Shown here in pieces: positions 24,901 to 36,871 of a stretch of 64,000 nt of DNA. The stretch comes from Syncephalis fuscata S228 (Eukaryota; Fungi; Zoopagomycota), in NCBI GenBank assembly GCA_025786725.1, contig JAHLTZ010000014.1:434001-498000 (forward strand). Reading direction: 5' to 3'. The notes beneath the pieces are model-generated. The model ran no database searches. It was given only the letters and a program-made list of their open reading frames with translations, and was not told where the DNA came from. Position numbers and translations under genes: made by a program. The stretch's first letter is position 1, and each line of letters starts with the position of its first letter.

Positions 24901-25519
24901 CGTTGGTCCATCGATCTTTAATGAGCCACGTGAAGACAAGAATCGTCCAGTAATGGGCACGATGGTCTTTAATGCATTTGTATGGTTACAAATATTTAAC
25001 GAGTTGAATTCACGTCGACTTGATTCAGGTCTTAATGTATTTAAACACCTGTTAAATAACCGTATCTTTATGGGCATCTCCGTTTTTATTGTAGCCTGCC
25101 AAATCATTATTGTACAAGTTGGCGGCCTTGCCTTCAAAACAACGCCACTTAATGGTGTTCAATGGGCGACTTGCATTATTATCGGTCTATTTTCCCTACC
25201 TATTGGTGCTCTTGTTCGAGTTATCCCCGATGAATGGTTCCGATTCATTGGTCCATTGGCCCGTCTACAAGATAGTGCTTATCGTGATCCAGCTCGTGAA
25301 AAGCTATACGCTTGGAAGAAGGATATTCGCGATGTTCGTTCAGAACTTAGCGTATTCCGTGCGTTACGTGGTGGCCGTCTTAAGGCCTATCGCGATGCTA
25401 TTCCAGCTGCTGCTATGCTACCATCGATTATTGCCTCCACTGTCGGTATTGGCATATCGGTACAGTCGCAGCCACCATCCCATCAGATGAAGCCACCTAC
25501 TCGTGTCTCTACATCATAG
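21914..25519 (+). CDS. PMC1: PMCA-type (P2B) vacuolar Ca2+-transporting P-type ATPase
   Basis: 1201-aa intronless ORF with TGES, PEGL, CSDKTGT, KGASE, MVTGDN, TGDGTND and QLLWVNLIMDT motifs. Confidence 0.96.
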   Translation: MSDPSDPPASNQSTTIHTEVVTVVEEVEMESTSSHQSVSAVHNTTNMVEGGTTMNSNPPPSLVHSETRSSGINQIIPTNTSSTPAKKTVVIADDGVPEPKEDEADPAPFKFTRSQLRAIIDTRTFEILQAFGGVSGLAEGLNSHLEYGLADVRPMPRTGTMRSVRSGTSKAASAKNEVDQCSDLENRVRVYGTNTLPEHKMKSIFMFIWLALQEKILIILTIAAVVSLGLGIYQDQAQDIEEPDVNWVEGLAIVVAIMIVVLVGSVNDWQKERQFRKLNAKKDDRLVKVIREGAQTQLSVHHLAVGDILCMEPGDILAADAIFISGHNIKCDESGVTGESDAIGKRSLEDSIEDAKHLAPLEHGPDPFVISGSKVLEGVGRAIVVAVGEESFHGRIMLSLRQEPSDTPLQMKLNDLAEQIAKLGGGAALLMLIILLIIYFAKFNEQPSHAAAVIVSDIVKIIITAVTVVVVAVPEGLPLAVTLALAFAMTRMLKDNNLVRVLSACETMGNATTVCSDKTGTLTQNKMTVVAGCIGYKRIFSRIDESGAIIPGAVNIVDLVKDQPKAVTELVQQAVAVNSSAFWDPTAEEFVGSKTETALLTWTQQQGAPEYTNIRAQYPVEQLWPFSSERKSMCTLVRVTDPVDGSILHRAHVKGASEIILGRCTHVLLPDNDKLVSTAITAEIRAELLKMIEQFASQSLRTIGIAYRDFPKYDTTSPLDDQDLSEQLVLIGITGIEDPLREGVIDAVRLCQRAGVTVRMVTGDNIITARAIATKCGIYTAGGIVMEGPKFRALSSEEMLQVIPRLQVLARSSPDDKRILVGKLKEMGDIVAVTGDGTNDGPALKMADIGFSMGIAGTEVAKEASSIILMDDNFASIVKAIMWGRSVNDAVKKFLQFQLTVNITAVLLTFVSAISSALSGGHTGSGESVLTPVQLLWVNLIMDTLAALALATDPPTLELLSRQPEPRTAPLISFKMWKMIIIQAIFQVIVCLILLYVGPSIFNEPREDKNRPVMGTMVFNAFVWLQIFNELNSRRLDSGLNVFKHLLNNRIFMGISVFIVACQIIIVQVGGLAFKTTPLNGVQWATCIIIGLFSLPIGALVRVIPDEWFRFIGPLARLQDSAYRDPAREKLYAWKKDIRDVRSELSVFRALRGGRLKAYRDAIPAAAMLPSIIASTVGIGISVQSQPPSHQMKPPTRVSTS

Positions 25520-25738
25520 TAACAATTATAACAATATTACCGTTATAGTTTAAAGAATTGATATGCCGGCTGATGCTATCGTTTATTCATTTATTATTTG
25601 GACATTGATTATTACGATCCAATGTTGCCTTCTTTCTTTTGTTTTTGTTGCACCGGCTAATTCTTTGGTGTATAAGTACTAGTAATAATAGTAATAGTAA
25701 CAATAATTATAACTATAATAATAAATTCATGACACTAT

Positions 25739-26905
25739 TTACTTATGTTTATTACTACATGTATTATGAGAAACAAAAGATGTTTGGCTATGGCCGTTAC
25801 AAGATGGCGGTGATGCTTTAAAAGGAATTAAAAGGTCAACACCAAAACTACGTAAACGAAATTGACGCATCATACTCGCTAACGAAGGTAATGAAGGCGC
25901 GGTTGTTTTAATAGAAGTAGTGACTTTAAATGATCTGGGCATTAAGTGGCTTGGTAATAAGCGATGAAAATAAGAATCATTGTTGGTATACTGACCTTTA
26001 ATCATCATGGCTTTGTCATTTGATCTATAATTTGCTGTTTGTTTTGTGTCTGTTGAAGAATAGGCTAGTGTTGATGGATATTGAAATGGCTCTATTGATA
26101 GAGATGTGGATCGTCTATGGCTACTTTGTTTGCAAGTATGTCTATTGGGTAAAGGTAGACGTGTTTGTGGCACGTTATGTTGGCCACGACCATACATAGT
26201 TACACTAGCAATGGGTGGCAGTACTAAAGATGGTCGTGAAGCTGATTGGCGATCATTTGTTGTTGTTGTTTTTGTTGTTATAGGTGGTGAGGGAGGGAAT
26301 TTCCTTCGCAATAACTCACCAACTGGTTGCTCGTTAAGTTGATCACGAAAGCTATCAGAACGCCAACTAGTGTGGGTTGTACAGCGTCGTTTAGCCTCCG
26401 CAACAACATGTCGCCAATAAGATGGTTCTGAAGCCACGCTATGATCACCAACTGATGGGTTTGGCGATGGTAGTGGATCGGCCATTGGTGATGGTAATGC
26501 TTGATCGGCCAAATCAGTTTTGGATCGTTTACGTTTACGCAGTGTTGTTGGTAATGGTGGTGATGGTGACTCTATAGTATGATCAGTGCTTGGGGATATT
26601 GGACGGCAATTTACTGTACTATTTACTATATCAATGTGACTATCGTCAATAGTACCTTTGGCTAAATAGGGCTGTAACGTTTTATGCGTATATGATTCAT
26701 GAGTGTTTAATGGCGCTATCGATGGGATAAAGGAGAATAAGGTATGGTTAGCACCATAGCGTGGATGCGCTACATTTGGCTTTAATAGCGAGTGGCTCGT
26801 AGGACTAGCTAGTGCTAAGGCATCAATTGATGGTAAATCTAAAGAAGTAACTGTTTGGTTATTGGATAAAGTGGGCGAACCAGCCAACGATGTCAAGCTA
26901 TACAT
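25739..26905 (-). CDS. Hypothetical S/P/T-rich disordered protein with a basic NLS-like patch
   Basis: 388-aa ATG-initiated ORF containing RKRKRSK; no recognisable domain. Confidence 0.65.
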   Translation of the reverse strand: MYSLTSLAGSPTLSNNQTVTSLDLPSIDALALASPTSHSLLKPNVAHPRYGANHTLFSFIPSIAPLNTHESYTHKTLQPYLAKGTIDDSHIDIVNSTVNCRPISPSTDHTIESPSPPLPTTLRKRKRSKTDLADQALPSPMADPLPSPNPSVGDHSVASEPSYWRHVVAEAKRRCTTHTSWRSDSFRDQLNEQPVGELLRRKFPPSPPITTKTTTTNDRQSASRPSLVLPPIASVTMYGRGQHNVPQTRLPLPNRHTCKQSSHRRSTSLSIEPFQYPSTLAYSSTDTKQTANYRSNDKAMMIKGQYTNNDSYFHRLLPSHLMPRSFKVTTSIKTTAPSLPSLASMMRQFRLRSFGVDLLIPFKASPPSCNGHSQTSFVSHNTCSNKHK

Positions 26906-27987
26906 GACTAGTTAATAATGATAGTAATAATAATCTAATAATCTAATAGTAGCTCAAATGGCGTGAAAAAATAGCATCTAATGAAGCAATCGAATGTAAC
27001 AAGAAAGTCTATAACCGTGTAGAAAAACAGGCAGTTGTGGAAATGAACATGGAGACAAATCACCAAGGTAATAATACTCGCTGTCGTAATCCACTTTACG
27101 CGTGGTAAGTCGTCTATAAGTAAAAATAATAATAAATATTAATAGCAATATAATGATAATGATAATGATAATGGTAGAAATGATAAGATGATGATAACGA
27201 TAATCGCCAGTAATAGTGATAACGAGTAACATCGATCGAATTGGTTTTGGCTATTTATAATTTGTTGCTGTCTACTCCATGCTACGCAATTTATCCGGGT
27301 CCCAAACTCCTTTTCAGGGTCCTATCTCCTGAAGTTGCACCGGTAGTTTGGTAATTAGCCCTACCAATATAGCAATACAAATAAAGTGCATTTAATTTAT
27401 TAATGTTTATAAGTTTAATTGTCGTTTATTATACTTTTTTATTATAATTATTTATCGTTGCTTCAACCATAATTAGTTAAACTAGCTAGTGGTTGATTAT
27501 AGACTAGCAAAAGGAGTTTTAATTTGCTATGGTTTAATTAAAAAAACATTGGATATCATAACAAAGGGGAAGGGCGTTAGCAACGATTTCTTCCACCTGT
27601 CAAAGGAGCAATCATGACATAATAAGGAGTAATTGTCAAGTAAAGGACCTATTTGTAAGGGTCCTGTAGCAAGTAATTATTTCTCGTGGGGTTGAATAGC
27701 AATAATTAAATTGATATAAAGTAATTCATTACAAATGATTAATTAAATGAAGTTGTATCATTTGTGCTTGGGCGCCGCGATAATTGATTGATATATTTGG
27801 TTAAAGAATTTGATACATGATGCCAAGTTAAACAATTAACATGACAAAAAAGATTTAGAAAAATCATATAAATGCATAGAAGATTGCATCATTTATTTTT
27901 GAATTAAATGGAATTTGGTTTAAATTTACTGATACAATGTATAGCTAGCTTATAATTACATATTCACATAACTATGAAATGAATAAT

Positions 27988-29141
27988 ATAGTATAAAATC
28001 AAACACTTAATCCATATCGGACCATATCTCTAGTAACGGTTGTATAAAAACATAGCACCATAATGATTAATAAACATCGATCATTTTAAAGCGCATATTC
28101 AGATTAATAACATTCACTGTTCAATCTTGTTATTTCGGTTTATCGTTTGCTTGTTGTCTACTATCTTACAATGCTTTCTGCTAATCTTTAGCATTATTAC
28201 TATTATTACTTAATACACGTTTGTTAATTGCTTAGACTAAATATCATTGTATTTAGCAACATAAATGTGTTAAATATGTAATGATTAATAGATATTGCCT
28301 GTTAATATTGCAATGCTACTACATAGCAATACAGATAGCCAAAGTAAATGACAAAACAATAAAACCAATATTATATATTGGATTGTGCTAATCCGACGCC
28401 AATCTTTTTGCTATAATGTTGTTTAATTGTTTAGTTTACTCAACAGAAATACAAAAGTAGGAATACTGTCCAGTTATTAAAATTAAACCCATTATTATGT
28501 TAGTTTTAGTATGATATTGCCAAAGCAATATGATGACGATACACCCAAGACTATTTATGGTATGGCTGCAAATAAATACAATCGATCACAGTGTAAACAT
28601 GCATAGCCACTGTGTCAAAACACCAAATTGTTATTTGAATAGTAATATAACTAAGCTTGTTTAATGTACATAGCTATGAGCCGATATATTTTACAAACAA
28701 TATGCCATATTAACAACTAGCAAAGAAATCAAAATAGGCTTTATTTAATAGCTAGTATCTAGAATTATTATCATATATCAAGTCGAACGGCACAGATTGT
28801 GGCTTTTAATCCCACATACTATAAGTAAAATAGCAAGTATAACAAGAGTAAACACATAATAAAAGTTATTTAACACTAAATAGTATTATCAAAAAATATC
28901 ATCATTTACTGATGACTATAATAGAAAGATGAGCTAAAATGAACAAAAGCAACTTCAGGCTGATTGACAATATATCATACAACATATTATTCGTAAAATA
29001 ACAGAAATAATACTAACATACTCTGAAAGTAAAGCAATATCCTTACTAGCTTAACAAAACAAATAAATACATTGTACGTGTAAAACAATATAATAAACAT
29101 AAATACAATGAATTTGTCTTTAGTAACTTATTGCCATTATT
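27988..29141 (+). repeat. Dispersed repeat family A, copy 2 (diverged extension to about 29193)
   Basis: Matches copy 3 from atagtataaaatc (27988) and copy 1 through cttattgccattatt (29141). Confidence 0.95.
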
Positions 29142-29218
29142 TACAATTAATTGCTTATAAATTTGTATCAAATCACTTTTTATTTCATATATACTAACAA
29201 AAGAACAATGTGGGCATA

Positions 29219-31208
29219 TTACGATGTTGCTGGCAATACTGGGCCACAACCAATAGTAATCCAAAATCGATTCTCGTAAAGCTCTCCCTCTACTTTCGGC
29301 GTGTCCTTGTCGTCACCGCCTTTTGTATCGCCTTCCTTTTCTACGTCATCTTTCTCTTTCTTTTCTGTATCAGAGCCTTCAGATTCTTCATCCGACTCGG
29401 GTGTTTCGATGAACGAATATTTGACCAAAAATGAAAACTATATTGATCAACATTTAATTTTAAATTATTGTTAATTTTAAATGATCATTTACCTTTAATT
29501 CATCTGTTACAGCACTTGGCTTTACTTCAACTAGAATACAGGTCGAGCTACCCTTTTGATTGAACACGCCTTCAGGTAAGTCGGTTTTGTTTTGTTCACG
29601 CTGGGCCCGCGCAGCCAATAGAGTGGCCGAGGCTGGTCCACCAATATCGTTGTCGTAATACCATACATCGGAAAATTCAGTCACATTAAACTCCTTTGCC
29701 AATACCTTGAACTGATATCATAATAGATCAGCTATTTGCTATTTATCAAGATACAAACACATACCTCATCCGATTCTATTTGTTCTATAAGCACATCAAT
29801 AGGAAAGTACAACGGATTCGCAAAGCGTAACACGATACGTGTAGTTTCTCCAACGCGCAATGTCGGCAATTGAGCAATGGTGATGTTGGGCACATAATGG
29901 CTATTGTAGTAGTATTGGTTGTTAAATAACTTAATAATAATAATACAATTTTACCATCTTACATAGCCATCATTTTGATTTTGAACTGAGTAGACATAGC
30001 CTTCTGGTCCGGTTTAATAATCATTATTCGACATGAGCGGCATCGCTTTGATCGCTTTACTCGTAGATGAATTCGTTCAGGTTGGAGTGCACTATCATGA
30101 AATACATATTGTGTTAATAAATACCATAAATAATCTATAATAAACTATACCTTATATTAAATGGTTGTTCACTGGGATGGCTATGCCGTTGCTGTAGTGT
30201 TGGCACTATCAACGCACTATTCGTTAATCCACAGCAAACGGTTATTTATTACTAATAAACACGTACCTTGTTCTGCATCTGTAAGTGTCATGGCTTCCTC
30301 TACTTGACGGCTTTCCTCGTCCTCAAGCTCCTGTGTCAAAGACAATGATTTATAAATTGGATCGCCAGTTGCTTCATCAATGTCATCGCTACCACCGGTT
30401 ACAGCCGAGCTACGACTACGCATTTGTTGTAAGCTTACGGCAGCTAGATTAGAAAAAATGGACGTAAATCCAGTGGTGGGTGTCGTGTTATTGCGCATAA
30501 TACGTTCAAAATGCTCTTTCAAATGCTCAAATTCCCGTACTTCATGTCGGCCATCTTCAATTTTTTGTATTTGAGCTAATACAAATTAAATAATTGCATT
30601 TTTATAACACTCGATTAAACTTACCAGCCAGGCCAGTTGGTCGTTCAAAGGTTAATTGAACCTCGCGTGAATCCCATCGACAAGTTGAACAAGCAAGATA
30701 ATAGCCGGTAGCCACTGGTTGAGCCGTACCCGCTGCACTAGCACCCGCTGCTGATTGCTCTTCAGCCGTAACCGTTAACGTATTATAACACGATGGACAT
30801 TGAAAGCAGTTACGCATGCAGCTATAAACCAATAGTTAGCCTTAATACACGTTACAGTACCATCGTCTTCATTTACCGATTCTTTTCGCCCTTGACGGAT
30901 GCTGTCGGGACTTCGAATAGACAATTGGGACAGTAGTAGCATATGATGTCATCGTTGGTACAGCGCGGACATTTGATAACATGGCAGTCTTCACAGAAAT
31001 AAAGCTTTGAGACTGGATGCGCCGAGAATGATATAGCAGGCGGTGGGCGTTCGAGATTGACACTTGCCAGTAAATCCGCTTTGGATTGCGTCCTTGAGAC
31101 GGGAGTATAAAGTAGAGAACTAGGCGTGTTACCTCTTGGTGTCGCGCGTTCCACTATACACGGGCAGTGATAGTGAACAAACGGTTTATTAACAGTAGAC
31201 GCGGCCAT
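29219..31208 (-). CDS. DCTN4: Dynactin subunit 4 (p62), multi-exon
   Basis: LYFCEDCHVIKCPRC, YYCPNCLFEVP...KNRCMRNCFQCPSC, YYLACSTCRWDS and LRVKRSKRCRSCRIMIIKPDQK. Confidence 0.95.
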
Positions 31209-31660
31209 CACGATGGAAGATGAAGACGGGAAATGAAAGTGGTGGCGATTCAATAATACTAAGCAACAACAACGATAATAAATAATGTATAATAATACTG
31301 ATGACGCTATAGTAAAATAATAGCAATAACACTGATCATAATGATGATGCCATTTTATTACTGCTATTGCTGTTCAATGAATAATAAAAGTTAACTTATT
31401 ACTGTATAGATAATAACCTGAAATCGATTGTATCACATGTCAGACACGAATACGGATCAAATCGCCCGAGAACAGAACGAGTAACGATGGCTATAAGCAT
31501 AGCGACCAATAAACGAACTACTGTTGAGTCAAACTCTTTTACTTTACATCTTGAACGGCATTTGTTCTATTGAGTCTGCAACGATATAAAACGGAATTAA
31601 CCAACTTGTTTGGCTATCAAACTTTGGTATATTGTTATTAATCCGGTCTATTACTGTATC

Positions 31661-33015
31661 ATGTCGGATAACGTTGCTCATGCACTTGCTGGTAAGTGCT
31701 GCGGCTACAGAAGGATAGTAACTGCCTAACGACGAACACGAATTGTATGACGTGGCTGGCTGATAAGGTGCGGGCGGTGGCATGCTTGCCATGGCTATTA
31801 CCTATCCGCTTATTACGCTTAGCACGCGGGCACAAGTCCAACAGGATACCATTAGAGGCGGTCGACAGGCTAGTCAGGTATAGCATAATGTCAAATAGAT
31901 AAATAGATAGATAAACAGATAAATAGATGGGCATGATCTAATGACTCTATGTATAGTCGATTGTGCAAGCATTAAAGAAAGTTGTGGCATCAGGTGATTA
32001 TGCCGATTTATTCTCGCAAGTATCTAATGATTATTGAATAGTATCCATATTAACCTATCGTCATTAAATATCTAATCAATAGCGGTCTTAATTCAGCCCT
32101 CGTTGGCATTGGCATTACAAATGGTAAGTGTTTATTTGTAAATACGAGAATTTATCTGTAACTCATACATGTAAACTATTAGGTGTTTATTATTTCTTTT
32201 ACGAATGGACGCGTAGTGTATTTGAGAAGGCTTCAAAGCGACGCGGTATGACTACTATTGAAAGTATGACCGCTGGTGCTCTTGCTGGCAAGTACAAGTA
32301 TACGTATAGATATTTATAAACCAACAATACTGATACTTTAATTATAGGTGCGGCCACGGTTATCATTACTAATCCCATTTGGGTTGTTAATGTAGGTGAA
32401 ATGTAGTTATAATATCAATGATGGTACTTGTTACTAATTAATACGTTATAGACACGCTTAACGGTAAAGAAAGACGCCACAGATGACACTGCACCAAGCA
32501 CACAACATGCGGGACGTCATAGAGCAAAACGACCAGGTACTTATCGTACTATTTTACGCATTTTACGTGAGGATGGCCCATTGGCCTTTTGGCAAGGCGT
32601 TGTGCCAGCACTCATCCTTGTTATTAATCCAATTATCCAATATACACTGTTTGAACAGCTAAAGAACTGGCTATCGCAGACACGTAAGCTTTCAGGCTGG
32701 CACTTTTTCATTCTAGGTGCGATAAGCAAACTGGCTGCCACATCAATCACCTATCCGTATATTGTCGTTAAAGCGCGTATGCAGCTTAAACAATCCGACT
32801 CGAACGAACTACGCTACAATTCGGTTTCGGATGGTTTCCGTAAAATTATTGCCCGTGAAGGTTTAGGCGGTCTTTATAAAGGCATGAGCACGAAATTAGT
32901 GCAAAGTGTGCTTACTGCATCATTTCTCTTTTACTACAAAGAGGCGCTTTATAAATATGCCGTCATTTTACTGATTGTTCTTGGTGCACGTCCAAATCGA
33001 CGTCATATTGCCTGA
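31661..33015 (+). CDS. Peroxisomal adenine nucleotide/CoA carrier (SLC25A17/PMP34/PMP47-like), multi-exon
   Basis: MSDNVAHALAGAGGGMLAMAITYPL, ITNPIWVVNTR, ALILVINPIIQYTLFEQLK and TYPYIVVKAR mitochondrial-carrier repeats. Confidence 0.93.
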
Positions 33016-33292
33016 AAGTCGGTTTTACTTTGATGTATCGCTGACACTGTTGTTTCTAAACCTTTCTCATGGCGAATAAACTACGTCATGCCACTTAACC
33101 TCTAAAATAATATGCCATCAGATTTCAAACGTGTTTGACACCGTCTTACTGAGTATAAAAGTTGCTAAAGACAATTTATATATTGGGCAGTATCTGCCAT
33201 TTTGCCAAACATCCACATATTGTATAGTTTGTCTTCACTGTAGTTAGTTTATATCGTTAACAGAATAGCACCAACAACCAACAACCAACAAC

Positions 33293-34312
33293 ATGAGTTC
33301 GTCTACACGTCTTCAATCATCTTCCGAGGCTGATCCACTTATAAGATCGGATAGAAGAAGGACAGGAGTACTTGAAGAAGGATATAACGATCAAGACGAT
33401 GCAATCTATGACCATCCAGCCGTGGCAGCCGTGTATAATCGAGCAGGCCTACTCGATATCATTGCTGTTCTTCTTTTAATTCTTATTGGTATTCATGCTC
33501 GTGGTAAAACGCCTTACCAGCGAGACATCGTTGACTATACCGATCCTGCACTTAGTTATCCGTACCACGAGCACGTTCGTTATCCGGACTGGCCCTGGCT
33601 GCCGATTGTTGGTCTTATTGCACCGGCTTTCTTCTTGCTAGGACTGCGTCTTATATCGATCATCTTCTATTCGATTATGGTCATTCCGGCCATGCAGCGA
33701 CGTTTTCCACGACTTGCTGAATATGTATCCGGTTGGCACACACGTTCGTTGCAGCAAACAGGCATAAAAGCACTACTTGTCGAAGCCGGAAAATGGATGT
33801 ACATCGATGGCTTTGCTATTCTTGCAACAGCGTCGCTTACCTACGCCGTTGTCGAGACAATGAAGGTATGGTTTGGCGGTTTGCGACCCGATTTCCTTGC
33901 CCGTTGTGACTGGGATCCAGTAGAAGGAAAATGTACTGGCAAAGAAAAGCTTGTTAATGATGGTCGTAGATCATTTCCATCAGGTAATTTGATTATAATT
34001 AAGCTAAATGAATCTATACTAATTTATTTTATGTTCTATGTTACCATTCTAGGCCATGCTGCTTACAGTTTCTCTGCTATGACCCTGATTGCTTGCGTGC
34101 TTTTCCATAAAGCTGCACGCATGCGCCGCTCCTTCTTTACAACACTGCTTTACTTGCTACCACTTGTTTGGGCGGTACGTATTACTACGACGCGCTGGTG
34201 GGAGAATCGTCATGATGCAATGGATATAGCTGCTGGCGTGGTCGTTGGTACGAGCATTGCTTTGCTTTGCTTCCGAATCTTTTATCACAGCGGATCATGC
34301 CCAAGAAACTAA
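33293..34312 (+). CDS. PAP2 lipid phosphate phosphatase (DPP1/LPP1-like)
   Basis: KVWFGGLRP, SFPSGH (joined across intron 33984-34052) and TRWWENRHDAMD motifs, plus TM helices. Confidence 0.92.
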   Translation: MSSSTRLQSSSEADPLIRSDRRRTGVLEEGYNDQDDAIYDHPAVAAVYNRAGLLDIIAVLLLILIGIHARGKTPYQRDIVDYTDPALSYPYHEHVRYPDWPWLPIVGLIAPAFFLLGLRLISIIFYSIMVIPAMQRRFPRLAEYVSGWHTRSLQQTGIKALLVEAGKWMYIDGFAILATASLTYAVVETMKVWFGGLRPDFLARCDWDPVEGKCTGKEKLVNDGRRSFPSGNLIIIKLNESILIYFMFYVTILGHAAYSFSAMTLIACVLFHKAARMRRSFFTTLLYLLPLVWAVRITTTRWWENRHDAMDIAAGVVVGTSIALLCFRIFYHSGSCPRN

Positions 34313-34483
34313 GCATTTCTACGAATAGATAGCTGGTAAATACTCTTGTACATACACACTGTCGCCGAAATTCTTTAGCAATAAACTGGATGGCTATTAA
34401 CATAATGCTGTATTTGTCAGTTATAATAAATAGCTGAACAAATTGAATATGCTATTTTACTAATGATATACTTTATGTTATAC

Positions 34484-34744
34484 TGATGATATTTTTGATA
34501 ATACTATTTAGTGTTAAATAACTTTTATTATGTGTTTACTCTTGTTATACTTGTTATTTTACTTATAGTATATGGGACTAAAAGCCACAATCTGTGCCGT
34601 TCGACTTGATATATGATAATAATTCTAGATACTAGCTATTAAATAAAGCCTATTTTGATTTCTTTGCTAGTTGTTAATATGGCATATTGTTTGTAAAATA
34701 TATCGGCTCATAGCTATGTACATTAAACAAGCTTAATTATATTA
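34484..34744 (-). repeat. Dispersed repeat family A, internal fragment of about 260 bp (copy 4)
   Basis: Same-strand match to 41045-41305 (tgatgatatttttgataatactatttag ... cattaaacaagctta). Confidence 0.93.
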
Positions 34745-35356
34745 AATATGCTTCAAATAATAGATATATTTCTGAATATTGTTATTCAAGCAACAAATGT
34801 TAACTAAAATGCATATCCATTGTCTGAAATATATAGGCACAAGTAGTATTGCATACACAGAACAGTACACGCTGTAATCACTTTCAATCAATGGTACGAT
34901 TATGCTGTCGACAAGCCTGTATCTAGCTGCCTGTCCATCTATGCAAACTTGTGGTAATAAACATATGGTTTTATTTTACTTATATGTAATCAAGCTGTTA
35001 TGTTTATGATGGTATATGATTTATATTCGATGAGTAGTAGCCATTGAAGAAATGGATACATTAACAATACATTTCACGTCGTTTGCACAACAGTTGTGGT
35101 TAGCGTTTTATTAGTGTATAAAATACACTTATTATGAAGTGTTGTTTATATGTTATTTAACAGCTTATTGTCAGCATTGACAAATATTGTTTGCTACAGT
35201 TGGCATTAATGATGACATATCTACATTATTTGCTTTGAATTATTTCAAGTATTATAGTAATAATTTGCATCATTTCTGACAGATAATCTATTTATCAATA
35301 ATGCTGAATAATTTGAACAATACTGTTTATTATATCTAACAACAATAATAGCCAAT

Positions 35357-36669
35357 TTATGGCAACGACACACCGTTGGTTGGCCATAGCCAGCTGCTTT
35401 GGTATTCTTTTTCACCTGATTGAACAGCTCGGGCTAAATCATAAAGCTGACGGAAACCAGGGCCTAGCGAATCGCCAAACTCTTCTCCAATACGTACCTC
35501 TTCCTCTTTGCGTACGCCATGCTCATACACCTCGCGTACAATACGGTTGACAGGTGTAATAACGACAGCAGTACCACAGGCTGCGACTTCAGAGAATATA
35601 CCTTCGCGAACTTCGTCGTAAGCAACTGGTCGACATTGAACATTCCAGCCAAGGCAGTGCTTTGCAAGGTCACAAAGCGAACGACGAGTGACCGATGGTA
35701 AGATCGACGGAGAGTCCGGCGTAACAAATGTATAAGGCGCAGAACTGCCAGGCGGATGTTTAATAAGCGCAATAAAATTAGCTGTAGCAAACTCTTCGAT
35801 GTAGGAGTGCATCTTTGGATCAAGGAATAGTGTAATAGGAAAGCCGCGTTTTTTCGCATCGTACATCGAAGGCAGGCAAGGTGCATAATTGCCAGCCATC
35901 TTAGCACTTCCCACGCCCAATGGTGCCGCTAGTATCATTATCATTTATATAATTACTTATGGTTAGTAACAATAACATAAATAATGACCTTATTTAACCA
36001 CGCATTAACTTACCTCGATCAAATCCACTTGTGATTAGAGCTGGTACTGCTTTAACACCACCTTTATAGTAATCACCCACAGGCATAACAAAGACTAAAA
36101 AAGTAAATTCAGGTGCTGGAGCCACGCCAATCTCGCAACCGCTACCAAATAGCAGTGGACGTACGTAAAGTGAACCACCCGTGCCACGAGGAGGCACGTA
36201 GTCGGCATTCTCACGCACAGCAAGCTCAACATCATGCAAGAATGTCGCCTCTGGCACTGGTGGCATACCAGAACGCTGAGCCGAGTCGCCAAGTCGTACC
36301 GCGTTTAAGTCAGGCCGGAAAAGCCGTATTTTGCCATCAACGCATCGGAAAGCCTTTAGTCCTTCAAAGCACTAATAGTAGTTAGACGTGTCAATAAATA
36401 TCCATATTCATTCGTATTCGTATAGAACACAGTTTTGTAAACTAGCTTACCGACTGGCCATAGTGAATGCCTGTGTTGCAAAGGTGCATAGGAATATACT
36501 CTCCAGTAAGCAATTCGGCCTCGCCCCACTTGCCATCTCGCCAGACACGACGCACGTAACAGCGTGTTTGCATAAAACTAAAGCCAAGCGACTCCCAGTT
36601 AATAGAAGCTGGATCGACTGGACCACTGGTGGCGGGTGCCTTTGGCACGATAGGTTGATTAGAAGCCAT
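35357..36669 (-). CDS. Branched-chain amino acid aminotransferase (class IV PLP), 3 exons
   Basis: WESLGF, HYGQSCFEGLKAFR, LFRPDLNA, LYVRP, AKMAGNYA (PLP Lys), SILPSVTR and CGTAVVITP. Confidence 0.95.
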
Positions 36670-36871
36670 TCGTACTATTGTTTGCGACGAGCTGCAGAGG
36701 AGAAAGAGAGAAGGATACGGCGTGCTTGTTAGGCGAAGTAACTCGGAGTGTTTTATAAATATTGATGTGAAGTCATCGGATTAGATATCTCCGATCATCG
36801 TTAATGTTTCCCAGCATAAATAAATTATATAGCACATTAGGATAATAAATATTTATTATTTTATTTATAAA

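Noticed and set aside
22098-25490. Overlapping and antisense ORFs within PMC1 (also within HADH, PRP38 and the 3078 gene)
   Set aside because: Shadow ORFs arising from codon bias of the real gene.
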